Positions 7,539 to 17,127 of a DNA stretch of 64,000 nucleotides are shown here, piece after piece. The translations under genes and the position numbers were made by a program. The DNA is taken from NCBI GenBank assembly GCA_947595215.1, contig CANQEO010000004.1, positions 5,493-69,492 on the forward strand. The letters are read 5' to 3'. The DNA comes from an uncultured Bacilli bacterium (GTDB lineage: Bacteria > Bacillota_I > Bacilli_A > RFN20 > CAG-449). The notes under the pieces are model-generated. The model saw only the letters and a program-made list of their open reading frames with translations, was not told where the DNA came from and did not search any database. Numbering within the stretch: the first letter of the stretch is position 1; every line of letters starts with the position of its first letter.

Positions 7539-9869
7539 TTATGAATTCCAAAATTTTTGGACTTCTTCACTTATCTCTTCTATCGAGTAGACACGTTTAT
7601 AATGCGACCATTCTTTTTTAAACATCTCGCGATATTTTTGATATAAAAACCGCGAATCAATTAGCATCACGACACCTCGATCAGTAGCTGAACGTATGAC
7701 CCGACCTGCCGCCTGCATCACTTTATTCATCCCCGGATTAGTATAAGCGTAATCGTAACCTTCTTCTCCATTATTGTTAAAATGTTCTTTTAATAAATCA
7801 CGTTCAAATGAGATGGTCGGAAGACCTACTCCTACAATCACCGCACCTATTAATCGATCTGAAGATAAATCAATACCTTCTGAAAAAGCACCACCTAATA
7901 CCGCAAAACCAATCATTGTCTCTTTTGGTGATAAAACAAATCGGTTTAAAAATTCCGCTCTTTCGCTTTCTTTCATATCACGAGTTTGTTTCAAAGTAAA
8001 ATATTCATCATCTTCAAAATAGCGATATACCTCTTCTAGGTAGGCGAAAGAAGGAAAGAAAACTAAATAATTGCCGACTTTAGCGTTAACCATCACTTTA
8101 ATCGAATTCGCGATATCGCGATATGATAATGGACGATCTTTTAAACGCGTTGAAATATCGCCTCTTATTAATAACAACAAATTTTCTTTTGGAAATGGTG
8201 AATCAAGCGAAATATAAGGACTTGTTTCATCACCGCCTAGAAGACGAATATAATAATCGCGCGGTGTGAGGGTTGCCGAAAAGAAAACCGCACCGCGTAA
8301 TTTTTTTAAACTATCAGATATCAATCTAGATGAATCTAAACATCTGATATGAGCAACAACATTATCATCTATCTTTTCAAAATAAGTGACAAAATCATCA
8401 CATACAAATTCACGTAGTTTTAAAAATTTATTTACATCTTTAAAGATTTCACTGAATTTTTCATTAGAGAAATTTTGATTTTCCTTCATAGTATCCTGTG
8501 AAGCTTTAAAATAATTATCTAAAGCAGCGTAAAATTCTAATGAAAAATCGCCATCTTGAATTTGATATATTTCTTCTTTTTCTTTAGTTTGTTCAAAGTG
8601 GTTAATAAGTTTTTTGAGGTGACGTTTTAGTTTTGGTAGTTTCTCTTTTTTTAATAATTGTCTTAAAAAAATTAAACTATTTAAATCTAAAGAAGTTGAA
8701 TACATCTCCCGCGAACGATCAACTAAATTATGGGCTTCATCAATAAGCGCAAGATAATCTTCTTTTACTTCATCAAAGTAACGTTTTAAATACGCCATCG
8801 GATCAAAAACATAGTTATAATCACAAATGATAACATCTGTGAATAAAGATAAGTCGAGCTGTAATTCAAATGCGCACATCGCATTTTGATAAGCTATAGT
8901 GGTAATGTAATTTTCATCATAGAGATCTTCATCGTTTAGCATTTCTTGTAAAACAATACGTAATTTATCGTAATAGTTTCTCGCAAAAGGACATTCATCA
9001 GGGTTACAATGAGATACATCATTTTGACACATTTTTTCCTTGGCAGTTAATTTAATAGCTTTGATAACTAAACCTTTTTCAATCATTACTTTTAAAGCGT
9101 CAAACGCGATTCCTTTTTGGGAACTTTTAGCCGCTAAATAAAAAATCTTATCATTCTTTTCTTCAGCGAATGACTTGATTGCTGGAAACAATGTCGACAT
9201 CGTCTTTCCAATGCCAGTCGGAGCCTCTGCGAAAAGAAGTCCTCCATCTTGAGCAATCTTATAGGTAAATTTAGCTAATCGATGTTGTCCTTCTCTAAAA
9301 GTCGGATATGGAAATTCCAGTTGATTACTAGATTCCTTTATCCTCTTTTTATGGGTGTCGATTCTTCGATAAAATTCGAGGTATTCCTTAATTAAATTAA
9401 TCACTTCTTCTTCGAGTTTTTCTCTGGAATAAGAAAAGCTTTTAATGAGTTTTGAATTATCAATTTGAGAGATATAAGTAAGGCGACACGATATCTTTTT
9501 TAAATCATTTTGATTAGCAAACATTAAAGCATAACATTTGGCTTGAGCTAAATGCCATTCGCCCTGTTCTTCAAAAAAAGTTTCCAAATCAGCGACGGTC
9601 GATTTAATTTCATCGATAGTAACACGATCTTTCTCAACGATAATTCCATCAGCACGTCCTGAAAGCATCACTTCAAAATCGTCAACATTAAAACTTTCTT
9701 CCAGATAGACTTCTGAAAGATAATTGCCATTTTGAATACTTTGATACCGAAGGTGAATTCTTGTCCCTTCAAGCATGGTGGCATTATTAAAAACACGCGA
9801 ATCGATGCTTCCGCGTCTTAATAAAAAATCAACAAGGCCATGTACCGAAAGGTTTAAGGTTCGTTCCAT
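7539..9869 (-). CDS. PD-(D/E)XK nuclease domain fused to an XPD/DinG-family (Rad3-like) Fe-S DNA helicase
   Basis: N-terminus carries GRADGI...IDEIKS...QAKCY (RecB/Cas4-like D..ExK..QxxxY). It is followed by Walker A (APTGIGKT), a Cys cluster (CQNDVSHCNPDECPF...C) and a DEAH box (LIDEAHNL). The C-terminus has helicase motifs (GAFSEGID, QAAGRVIR). Confidence 0.8.
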   Translation of the reverse strand: MERTLNLSVHGLVDFLLRRGSIDSRVFNNATMLEGTRIHLRYQSIQNGNYLSEVYLEESFNVDDFEVMLSGRADGIIVEKDRVTIDEIKSTVADLETFFEEQGEWHLAQAKCYALMFANQNDLKKISCRLTYISQIDNSKLIKSFSYSREKLEEEVINLIKEYLEFYRRIDTHKKRIKESSNQLEFPYPTFREGQHRLAKFTYKIAQDGGLLFAEAPTGIGKTMSTLFPAIKSFAEEKNDKIFYLAAKSSQKGIAFDALKVMIEKGLVIKAIKLTAKEKMCQNDVSHCNPDECPFARNYYDKLRIVLQEMLNDEDLYDENYITTIAYQNAMCAFELQLDLSLFTDVIICDYNYVFDPMAYLKRYFDEVKEDYLALIDEAHNLVDRSREMYSTSLDLNSLIFLRQLLKKEKLPKLKRHLKKLINHFEQTKEKEEIYQIQDGDFSLEFYAALDNYFKASQDTMKENQNFSNEKFSEIFKDVNKFLKLREFVCDDFVTYFEKIDDNVVAHIRCLDSSRLISDSLKKLRGAVFFSATLTPRDYYIRLLGGDETSPYISLDSPFPKENLLLLIRGDISTRLKDRPLSYRDIANSIKVMVNAKVGNYLVFFPSFAYLEEVYRYFEDDEYFTLKQTRDMKESERAEFLNRFVLSPKETMIGFAVLGGAFSEGIDLSSDRLIGAVIVGVGLPTISFERDLLKEHFNNNGEEGYDYAYTNPGMNKVMQAAGRVIRSATDRGVVMLIDSRFLYQKYREMFKKEWSHYKRVYSIEEISEEVQKFWNS

Positions 9870-9921
9870 AAAAAAACCACCTCAGTTATTATAACTGAAA
9901 GTAGCAAATTTTTAAAGAATA

Positions 9922-10851
9922 TCAGTTCATGTAGAAAAGATAGAAAAGTCCAATTTCAACAAGTTGAATTGCCGCGGTGATTAGAAATAAATACAATACC
10001 TTACGATGAAGATTTAATGGATCTTTTCCTTCTTGGATATCTTTGATAATCGCGTCTCTTCTAAGTTTTTTACCACCAGTAATTATAATAGTCACTATAA
10101 ACACAATTAGCGTCATAATAATCATTGCCAAGAAAAAGCCATTAACTTCAATGCCACGATTTTGAACATTAAGATTTAGGATGAAATAAATAATAGCAAA
10201 CGCGATATTTAATGCGATAACAGGATAGCGCATTATTCTAATATTATTTACGTAAGATGTTATCTCTTTTGATAGTTGATAAGATATCTTTACTTCTCCC
10301 GAAGTTAAATCCGCATATTGAGTATGATCAACAATCTTAAATGAAATATATGGAATCACATAAATTGTAACTTCTGCCTCTTCAATAGTCGACCACAATT
10401 CAGATTCTAAATGAGCTGATTGATATTCCTTTTGACTTTTAAAATTCTTATCGATTAATCGCATTAAAGATTTTTCATCGAAAATAGAAGCCTTAGTTTC
10501 CAAGTCATTTTTAGTAATCTTCTCTAAATCCTCTTTATTAAAATCGTCGATTTTAATTTGAAATTGATAGTCATCTTTTGAAATTTCAACGAAGTCTCTT
10601 TCGATTTCATATCTGTGTTCACTACCATCTTTTTGTTTATAATCAATTTTACCTTTATATACGATTTGATAAATGACATGATACATTTTTGTTACTTGTA
10701 CATTTTCAAAAGAAACCTTATCAAGGTTTTCTAAAAAGGTACTAGATACATCAAGTGATGCATCTTCAATCATCTGCTTAGCCTTTTCAAAAAGCTGAAG
10801 TGGTTCATAGTTTTCTTTTGTTATATAAATCTCTTTAATTAAAATACTCAT
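9922..10851 (-). CDS. Hypothetical membrane protein (soluble N-terminal ~200 aa plus 3 C-terminal TM helices)
   Basis: 309-aa ORF whose start overlaps the ppiB stop by 4 nt. I recognise no family motif. Confidence 0.5.
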   Translation of the reverse strand: MSILIKEIYITKENYEPLQLFEKAKQMIEDASLDVSSTFLENLDKVSFENVQVTKMYHVIYQIVYKGKIDYKQKDGSEHRYEIERDFVEISKDDYQFQIKIDDFNKEDLEKITKNDLETKASIFDEKSLMRLIDKNFKSQKEYQSAHLESELWSTIEEAEVTIYVIPYISFKIVDHTQYADLTSGEVKISYQLSKEITSYVNNIRIMRYPVIALNIAFAIIYFILNLNVQNRGIEVNGFFLAMIIMTLIVFIVTIIITGGKKLRRDAIIKDIQEGKDPLNLHRKVLYLFLITAAIQLVEIGLFYLFYMN

Positions 10852-11351
10852 TTAATAGTTATAACCTCTACTTGTGGTTCATCAATAGCAATCGCTTTTT
10901 CAATCACAACAGGTGTTAAAGGACGATCAGAAGCTGTCGTTTTTACACTAGCGATTTTATCGACAACTTCAATTCCTTCAACTACGTGACCAAAGGCAGC
11001 ATATTGCCCATCTAAATACGTACCATCTTGATGCATGATAAAAAATTGACTACCCGCCGAATCCATCAAGTAGCTCCTTGCCATAGAAATGGTTCCTTTA
11101 ATATGAGAAATGTCATTCTTATGCCCATTGGCGCTAAATTCACCTTTTATCGAATAATCTGGTCCACCAGTTCCATTACCGCGAGGATCACCACCTTGAA
11201 TCATAAATCCTTTAATAACGCGATGAAAAGTTAGTCCATCATAGAATCCTTTATTTACTAAACTTACAAAGTTAGCACATGTATTTGGTGCCTGTGTGCG
11301 ATCTAATTCGATTTTAATTTCTCCGTAATCTTTTATTTTTAAAATTATCAT
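10848..11351 (-). CDS. ppiB: Cyclophilin-type peptidyl-prolyl cis-trans isomerase
   Basis: FHRVIKGFMIQGGDP and GSQFFI motifs; 167 aa. Confidence 0.92.
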   Translation of the reverse strand: MIILKIKDYGEIKIELDRTQAPNTCANFVSLVNKGFYDGLTFHRVIKGFMIQGGDPRGNGTGGPDYSIKGEFSANGHKNDISHIKGTISMARSYLMDSAGSQFFIMHQDGTYLDGQYAAFGHVVEGIEVVDKIASVKTTASDRPLTPVVIEKAIAIDEPQVEVITIK

Positions 11352-11426
11352 AAATATTTTCCTCTCCTTTCCATTTTAATATACTTTTATTTTACACCTC
11401 AATGAGGTTTTTATCACATATAAATT

Positions 11427-12923
11427 CTATTTAAAAGTGCGTGTTGCTTTTATTGCCTTTTTCCATCCTGAGTATAGTCTATCGCGTTTTTCTTCACTTA
11501 GATGTGGCATGAACACTCTATCTAAACGATGTTTTCTTTTTAATTCTTCTTTATTGGTCCATATTTTTGAAGCAAGTCCCGCAAGATAGGTAGCACCTAA
11601 AGCGGTCGTTTCCATACATTCTGGTCGTACAATTTTTAAATTCATTATATCGGCTTGAAATTGAACTAAATAATTATTGACGCTTGCTCCACCATCGACC
11701 GCTAGACTTGAAAAAGGAATTCTAGAATCTTGAAGCATCACTTCCATTACATCTTTACTTTGGTATGCAATCGATTCCACAGTGGCATTAATAAAATGTT
11801 CTCTTTTAGTGGCTCTAGTTAAACCAAAAACCGCCCCACGAGCATCATTATCCCAATACGGAGTTCCTAAGCCTACAAATGCAGGCACAACGTAAACTCC
11901 TTCACTTCCTTCAACCATCTCGCTCGCTAGTTCACAATCGCTCGATTTTTCAAAAAGGCGCATTCCATCTCGTAACCATTGTACCGCTGAGCCACCGACA
12001 AATACCGAACCCTCTAAAGCGTATTCTATTTTATTATCCATCGACCACGCAATCGTCGATAATAATCCGTTTTTAGAATCGATAAGTTCATCTTTAGTAT
12101 TCATTAACATGAAGCAGCCAGTTCCATAAGTATTTTTTATATCGCCCTTTTCAAAACAACATTGACCAAATAGCGATGCTTGTTGATCACCGATTAAACT
12201 TCCAATCGGTAAGTCTAAATCTGGAATAATCTTTTTTAAAGCCGTAGCGACACCATATATTTCAGAAGAATTTCTCACTTTTGGTAAGAGACTAGATGGA
12301 ATTTGAAGTAAATCTAATAATTCTTGATCCCATTTTAAAGTATGAATATTAAATAACATTGTTCTTGAAGCATTTGAATAATCAGTGATATGTAATTTTC
12401 TTTCACTTAGTCGATAGGCAAGATAAGAATCAACTGTTCCAAAAGATAACTCACCATTTTTAGCTTTTTGAATTGCTCCTTCAACATGATCAAGAATAAA
12501 CCTAATCTTTGTCGCGCTAAAATACGGATTAATGAGAAGACCTGTTTTTTCTTTGATAAATGTTTCATATCCATCATTAATGAGTTTTTCACAGATATCT
12601 TGAGATTGGCGAGATTGCCAGACCACTGCATGATAGATAGGTCTACCTGTCTTTTTATCCCAAATAATTGTTGTTTCACGTTGATTAGTAATTCCTAAAA
12701 CAACTGGAGTTATATGTTTTTCTTTTAAATCATTTAAAACTATTTTTAAAGCTTCAAACACAGTTTCATATATCTCTTCAGCATCTTGTTCAACCCAACC
12801 ATTATGTGGAGTAACAATTGAAACTTCTAATTGTGCTTTAGAAATGACATTACCTTCTTCATCAAAAGCGATGACACGACTACTTGTTGTACCTTGATCG
12901 ATGGTGACGATACATTTTTTCAT
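11427..12923 (-). CDS. glpK: Glycerol kinase
   Basis: IDQGTTSSR N-terminus, 498 aa, FGGY-kinase layout throughout. Confidence 0.93.
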   Translation of the reverse strand: MKKCIVTIDQGTTSSRVIAFDEEGNVISKAQLEVSIVTPHNGWVEQDAEEIYETVFEALKIVLNDLKEKHITPVVLGITNQRETTIIWDKKTGRPIYHAVVWQSRQSQDICEKLINDGYETFIKEKTGLLINPYFSATKIRFILDHVEGAIQKAKNGELSFGTVDSYLAYRLSERKLHITDYSNASRTMLFNIHTLKWDQELLDLLQIPSSLLPKVRNSSEIYGVATALKKIIPDLDLPIGSLIGDQQASLFGQCCFEKGDIKNTYGTGCFMLMNTKDELIDSKNGLLSTIAWSMDNKIEYALEGSVFVGGSAVQWLRDGMRLFEKSSDCELASEMVEGSEGVYVVPAFVGLGTPYWDNDARGAVFGLTRATKREHFINATVESIAYQSKDVMEVMLQDSRIPFSSLAVDGGASVNNYLVQFQADIMNLKIVRPECMETTALGATYLAGLASKIWTNKEELKRKHRLDRVFMPHLSEEKRDRLYSGWKKAIKATRTFK

Positions 12924-12989
12924 AAGACCTCCAAAATCATATCGATGATTTTATTATAAAGTCTTCTTTGGAAAAAATAAATATCACTA

Positions 12990-13760
12990 TCATTTCTTAG
13001 CAATGGTCTTTTGTTCAATATCATCGATACAAACTATTTGATGGCTTTTAACACTTTCTATAATAAGACAATTTGCGCCGATTGTTACATCATCTTCGAT
13101 TATGGTTTGTCCACCTAATATCGAGGCATTGGCATATATAATTACATTATTTCCAATAGTCGGATGACGTTTTTTACCACGAAGTTTTCTTCCTTTATTT
13201 AAAGATAATGCTCCTAATGTAACTCCTTGATATAGTCGTACATGATTACCGATTAAAGTAGTTTCACCAATTACAACACCTGTCCCGTGATCGATAAAAA
13301 AATGATTTCCGATAGTCGCCCCAGGATGAATATCGATTCCAGTTTTGCTATGTGCATACTCACTCATAATTCGTGGGAGATATGGGATTTTTAAAAGATA
13401 TAATTCATGAGCAATCCGATGAATAAAAATTGCATCTAATCCCGGATAAGAAAGAGCAATCTCTTTAACATCTAATGCCGATGGATCTCCTTTAAAAGCC
13501 GCATTTAAATCAGTTAAAAATATTTTTTTAATCTCATTAAAACTTTTAAAAAAATTGTCTACTATTATCGAAGTATCACTTAATTTGTCATGTAATAAAA
13601 AAACTTTATTTATCTCTGAAAATAAAATTCCACGTGCTTTTTTCTCAATTTCAAAAATATCGAAATTGTCTATTTCAAGCACTTGACATAAAGTAAGTTG
13701 CTTTAATAATAAAAGCAGTTTAATAAGTTTATTTTTATTTGGTAAATCAACGTACTTCAT
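12990..13760 (-). CDS. cysE: Serine O-acetyltransferase
   Basis: Hexapeptide-repeat C-terminus ([41 protein letters not shown]). Directly downstream of cysK. Confidence 0.85.
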   Translation of the reverse strand: MKYVDLPNKNKLIKLLLLLKQLTLCQVLEIDNFDIFEIEKKARGILFSEINKVFLLHDKLSDTSIIVDNFFKSFNEIKKIFLTDLNAAFKGDPSALDVKEIALSYPGLDAIFIHRIAHELYLLKIPYLPRIMSEYAHSKTGIDIHPGATIGNHFFIDHGTGVVIGETTLIGNHVRLYQGVTLGALSLNKGRKLRGKKRHPTIGNNVIIYANASILGGQTIIEDDVTIGANCLIIESVKSHQIVCIDDIEQKTIAKK

Positions 13761-13765
13761 TATTT

Positions 13766-14680
13766 TTATTCCGCATTTTCAACTAAGTTAGTTGAAAGAT
13801 AACGTTCACCACCATCCGGTAAAACAACTACAATATTTAAACCTTTATTTTCTTTTCTTTTAGCGACCTCTAACGCAGCATAATAAGCAGCGCCGGAAGA
13901 AACACCGACAAATAATCCATGTGTTTTAGAAAGATGACGTGCTGTCGATAAAGCTTCTTCATCTGGAACGCCGATTACTTCATCTAAGATTTCTCGATTT
14001 AAAACTTTAGGAACAAAACCCGCGCCAATTCCTTGAATACGATGAGTTCCTGGTTTTCCACCTTGTAATACCGGCGAATTAGCCGGTTCAACACCAATCA
14101 ATTTTACATTTGGATTTTTCTCTTTAAAATATTTTCCGACACCAGATATCGTACCACCTGTGCCGATGCCCGCAACTAAGATATCAACATGATTTAAATC
14201 GCGGTCAATTTCTTTTGCAGTTGTAAGATAGTGAATTGAAGGATTATCAAAGTTTTCAAATTGAGATGGAATAAAAGAATTTTCGATTTCTTTATTCAAC
14301 TCTTCTGCTTTAGCGATTGCCCCTTTCATTCCAAGTTTTGAATCTGTTAAAACAATCTCCGCACCATATGCTTTCATAAAATTTCTTCTTTCAATTGTCA
14401 TTGAAGAAGGCATTACCGCAATAAAACGCATTTTATAAACCGCAGCGACTAAAGCTAAGCCGATACCAGTATTGCCTGATGTCGGTTCAATCAGTATCGA
14501 ATCCTTATTGATGACTCCTCTTTTTAACGCTTTATCAATCATGTGCTTTGCGATTCTTATTTTTACCGAACCACTTGGATTAAATGATTCTACTTTAACA
14601 AAAATTTGGGCATTAATTCCATCTTCTTTTGTTTCGATAAGAGGTGTATTACCAATTGTCTCTAAAATATTTTGATACAT
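13766..14680 (-). CDS. cysK: Cysteine synthase A (O-acetylserine sulfhydrylase)
   Basis: Fold-type II PLP enzyme with [10 protein letters not shown] and [10 protein letters not shown] loops. The PLP-lysine motif reads SVKIR instead of the usual SVKDR. Confidence 0.88.
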   Translation of the reverse strand: MYQNILETIGNTPLIETKEDGINAQIFVKVESFNPSGSVKIRIAKHMIDKALKRGVINKDSILIEPTSGNTGIGLALVAAVYKMRFIAVMPSSMTIERRNFMKAYGAEIVLTDSKLGMKGAIAKAEELNKEIENSFIPSQFENFDNPSIHYLTTAKEIDRDLNHVDILVAGIGTGGTISGVGKYFKEKNPNVKLIGVEPANSPVLQGGKPGTHRIQGIGAGFVPKVLNREILDEVIGVPDEEALSTARHLSKTHGLFVGVSSGAAYYAALEVAKRKENKGLNIVVVLPDGGERYLSTNLVENAE

Positions 14681-14743
14681 ATTTTTCCTCCTATTTATTT
14701 TATTTATATGTATCTATCTAATTTTAGACCACTTTAATTTCAA

Positions 14744-15286
14744 TTAATTTAAGAATGCCATTTGTATCGCCATTTTTACCTTTTCTATCATTGCATCATC
14801 TAAGGTTAACTTACCATTTTCCCTTCCGTTCATCCTTGCAATCCTTCTTTTAGAAACCGAACGAATTGCATCTAATTTTAAATAGGAATGCGCTAATTCA
14901 TTCTTATCATTTAATCCTTCAATTATTCCTAAATCAAATGTTAATAGTGAACCTGGCGCATCACGACTGGAAAGTGGAATTACAATCACATTTCCTAGAT
15001 CAATCGCCCATACTAAAGCGTAATGACCATGAGTTTTATAGTCGCTTAATTCCGTACCTACGTTAATTCCAAACTCAACCCAAACAATATCACCGCGACT
15101 TAAATTATCAGGTTGGGCACCATATCCGATTTTATTGATAGATTGATTGAGATATAATGTTTTTTTACCAATCCAATTTAAATATTCTAGGGCAATTTCG
15201 CTATCGATATTAGATAATTGTTTTTTTATCGATAACAAAAGCTCATCGACTTTTGCTTTATTTTTTCGATGTGTCTTATCTCGCAT
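14744..15286 (-). CDS. PemK/MazF-like domain protein with a ~70-aa N-terminal extension
   Basis: The core RGDIVWVEFGINVGTELSDYKTHGHYALVWAIDLGNVIVIPLSS resembles the MazF/PemK N-terminal beta-strands (RGDI..V.F....G.E....RP.LV......V...PLTS). The start is moved to the ATG at 15286, preceded by GGGTGA; the track start is 15319. Confidence 0.45.
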   Translation of the reverse strand: MRDKTHRKNKAKVDELLLSIKKQLSNIDSEIALEYLNWIGKKTLYLNQSINKIGYGAQPDNLSRGDIVWVEFGINVGTELSDYKTHGHYALVWAIDLGNVIVIPLSSRDAPGSLLTFDLGIIEGLNDKNELAHSYLKLDAIRSVSKRRIARMNGRENGKLTLDDAMIEKVKMAIQMAFLN

Positions 15287-15347
15287 ATATCGAATCACCC
15301 TAATACTTAATATATGCAATTTTAAATTTTTGCTAAAAATTATATTT

Positions 15348-16637
15348 TTATTCTTCGACTATCGCGTATAAATCATAACTAGTTGCAGAAACGATTTTAA
15401 CAATGGCGATATCTCCTTCTTCAAATGTTTTAGAAGAAGTAAAATAAATCTTTCCGTCAATATCATCTGGAGCGTTAAAATGACTTCTTAAAAGATAGCA
15501 ATTTTTCTCAGCATCATAACCGATAACAATACCGCGATGAACCTCTCCAATCCGCTTATTATTCTTTTCATTTGAAATTTGTTGTTGGATTTGCATGATT
15601 TCTTTTAAACGTTTATTAGCAATCGATTTTTTTACTTGTGGTTTCATATTATAAGAAGCCGTACCATCTTCACGTGAATATATAAATACACCTAAATGAT
15701 CAAATTTAACATCTGTGACAAATTGCTTTAATATTTCAAAATCGTCATCATCTTCCGTTGGAAAACCAACAATTAATGTGGTTCTTAAAATAGCATTAGG
15801 AACTTCATTTCTAATCTTTTCAAATAATGATTTTAAGAACTCATAATTACCACGGCGATTCATAGTTTTTAAAATTTTACTTGAAGCATGTTGAATCGGG
15901 ATATCAAAATATGGAGTTAAACGCGGCTCCTTTCCCATCAATTTAATAAGTTCATCGCTGATTTCATCAGGATAAAGATATAACAATCTAATATATTCAA
16001 AGTCAGTCTCTTTTAATAGTTCTTCAAGTAAGTTTTCAATACGATAATTTTCATATATGTCGCTGCCGTAACGAGTCGTATCTTGTGAGATAACGATAAG
16101 TTCTTTCACCCCACGACTTTGTAATTCTTTAGCCTCTTCGATAAGTCTTTCTTTGGGAAAAGATTTAAAGTCACCTCTTATTAACGGAATTGCACAATAA
16201 CTGCAGCGATTATTACATCCTTCGGATATTTTTAAGTAGGCGCTGTAAAAAGTGGTCGCTAAAACACGGTGCAATGGATTTAATTCACCATTAATCGAAC
16301 AACGATAATGCTCTCGAAGTATTTTAGCAAAGTTAGGATATTCGCGAATCGGAATGAAAAGATCAACCTCTGGAAGTTCTTTTTTCAATTCTTCGATATA
16401 TCGCTCTACTAAACATCCAGTAACCACTAAAAATTTATGATATAACGCCATTTCTAAAATCGTCTCTATCGATTCTTTTTTACTTGCTTCAATAAATCCG
16501 CAAGTATTAATGATAATTATATCGGCCTCACTAGCATTTGGCGTAAGTTCAAAATCATTCTCTTTTAATAATCCAATCATCATTTCAGAATCAACGAGAT
16601 TTTTAGCGCAACCAAGACTTACTATACCTACTTTCAT
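15348..16637 (-). CDS. rimO: Ribosomal protein S12 methylthiotransferase RimO
   Basis: SLGCAKNLVDSE N-terminus, radical SAM CNNRCSYC, and a C-terminal TRAM domain. Confidence 0.85.
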   Translation of the reverse strand: MKVGIVSLGCAKNLVDSEMMIGLLKENDFELTPNASEADIIIINTCGFIEASKKESIETILEMALYHKFLVVTGCLVERYIEELKKELPEVDLFIPIREYPNFAKILREHYRCSINGELNPLHRVLATTFYSAYLKISEGCNNRCSYCAIPLIRGDFKSFPKERLIEEAKELQSRGVKELIVISQDTTRYGSDIYENYRIENLLEELLKETDFEYIRLLYLYPDEISDELIKLMGKEPRLTPYFDIPIQHASSKILKTMNRRGNYEFLKSLFEKIRNEVPNAILRTTLIVGFPTEDDDDFEILKQFVTDVKFDHLGVFIYSREDGTASYNMKPQVKKSIANKRLKEIMQIQQQISNEKNNKRIGEVHRGIVIGYDAEKNCYLLRSHFNAPDDIDGKIYFTSSKTFEEGDIAIVKIVSATSYDLYAIVEE

Positions 16638-16690
16638 AATAACTACCTCATATAAGATTATAATTAATTAATTTTCTTAAAGAAAGCATA

Positions 16691-16716
16691 AAAAAACTGA
16701 AGCATCAGCTTCAGTT
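16691..16716 (-). terminator. Rho-independent terminator
   Basis: On the minus strand: ACTGAAGC-TGAT-GCTTCAGT followed by TTTTTT. Lies downstream of the small membrane-protein gene. Confidence 0.75.
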
Positions 16717-16732
16717 ATAAATTGGTTAATTC

Positions 16733-17005
16733 TTAGAATAAATTCCAAATACCACCGACAAGAGCTAGTGCAACACAAACCCAAAAGATAATCATCCAAG
16801 CTTTATGTCTAAGAACCTTTAGCGCATCATAAGCGGTGATAATTAAACAAACTACTACTAAAATACCCGCAATCTTTTCAAGGATTGGCCAACTAATACC
16901 AACTGCTGATAATATAGTTGCTAAACCATAGAAGAATAATGCGAAGAAACAACTAACACTAAATACTTGTCTCCAAGTTAAACTCTTTGAATTCTTTGAT
17001 GTCAT
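16733..17005 (-). CDS. Small membrane protein (3 TM helices)
   Basis: The start is moved to the ATG at 17005, 7 nt after GGAGG; the longer track ORF reaches 17098 with no Shine-Dalgarno. Confidence 0.55.
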   Translation of the reverse strand: MTSKNSKSLTWRQVFSVSCFFALFFYGLATILSAVGISWPILEKIAGILVVVCLIITAYDALKVLRHKAWMIIFWVCVALALVGGIWNLF

Positions 17006-17127
17006 AAATCTACCTCCATAAAGATATTTTAAACTATAGAAAAATATTTTACTAGATAAATTTGCAATTATTAAAAATAATTGATTTGAAATTATCATTT
17101 GCTATAATGTGCATAGAGGTAAGCTTT

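Noticed and set aside
11360-11426. Hairpin ACCTCA-TT-GAGGT between ppiB and glpK as a terminator
   Set aside because: On the coding (minus) strand it is not followed by a T run. The T run is on the plus strand, where there is no gene to terminate, and the stem is only 5-6 bp.
12407-12679. 90-aa minus-strand ORF and 76-aa plus-strand ORF inside glpK
   Set aside because: These are alternative-frame and antisense ORFs within a full-length, highly conserved glycerol kinase gene.
17062-17127. Upstream extension of the S8 protease ORF (track start 17062)
   Set aside because: The extension overlaps the divergent small membrane-protein ORF region and contains the TATAAT box. The ATG at 17128 has an SD and gives a normal signal peptide.
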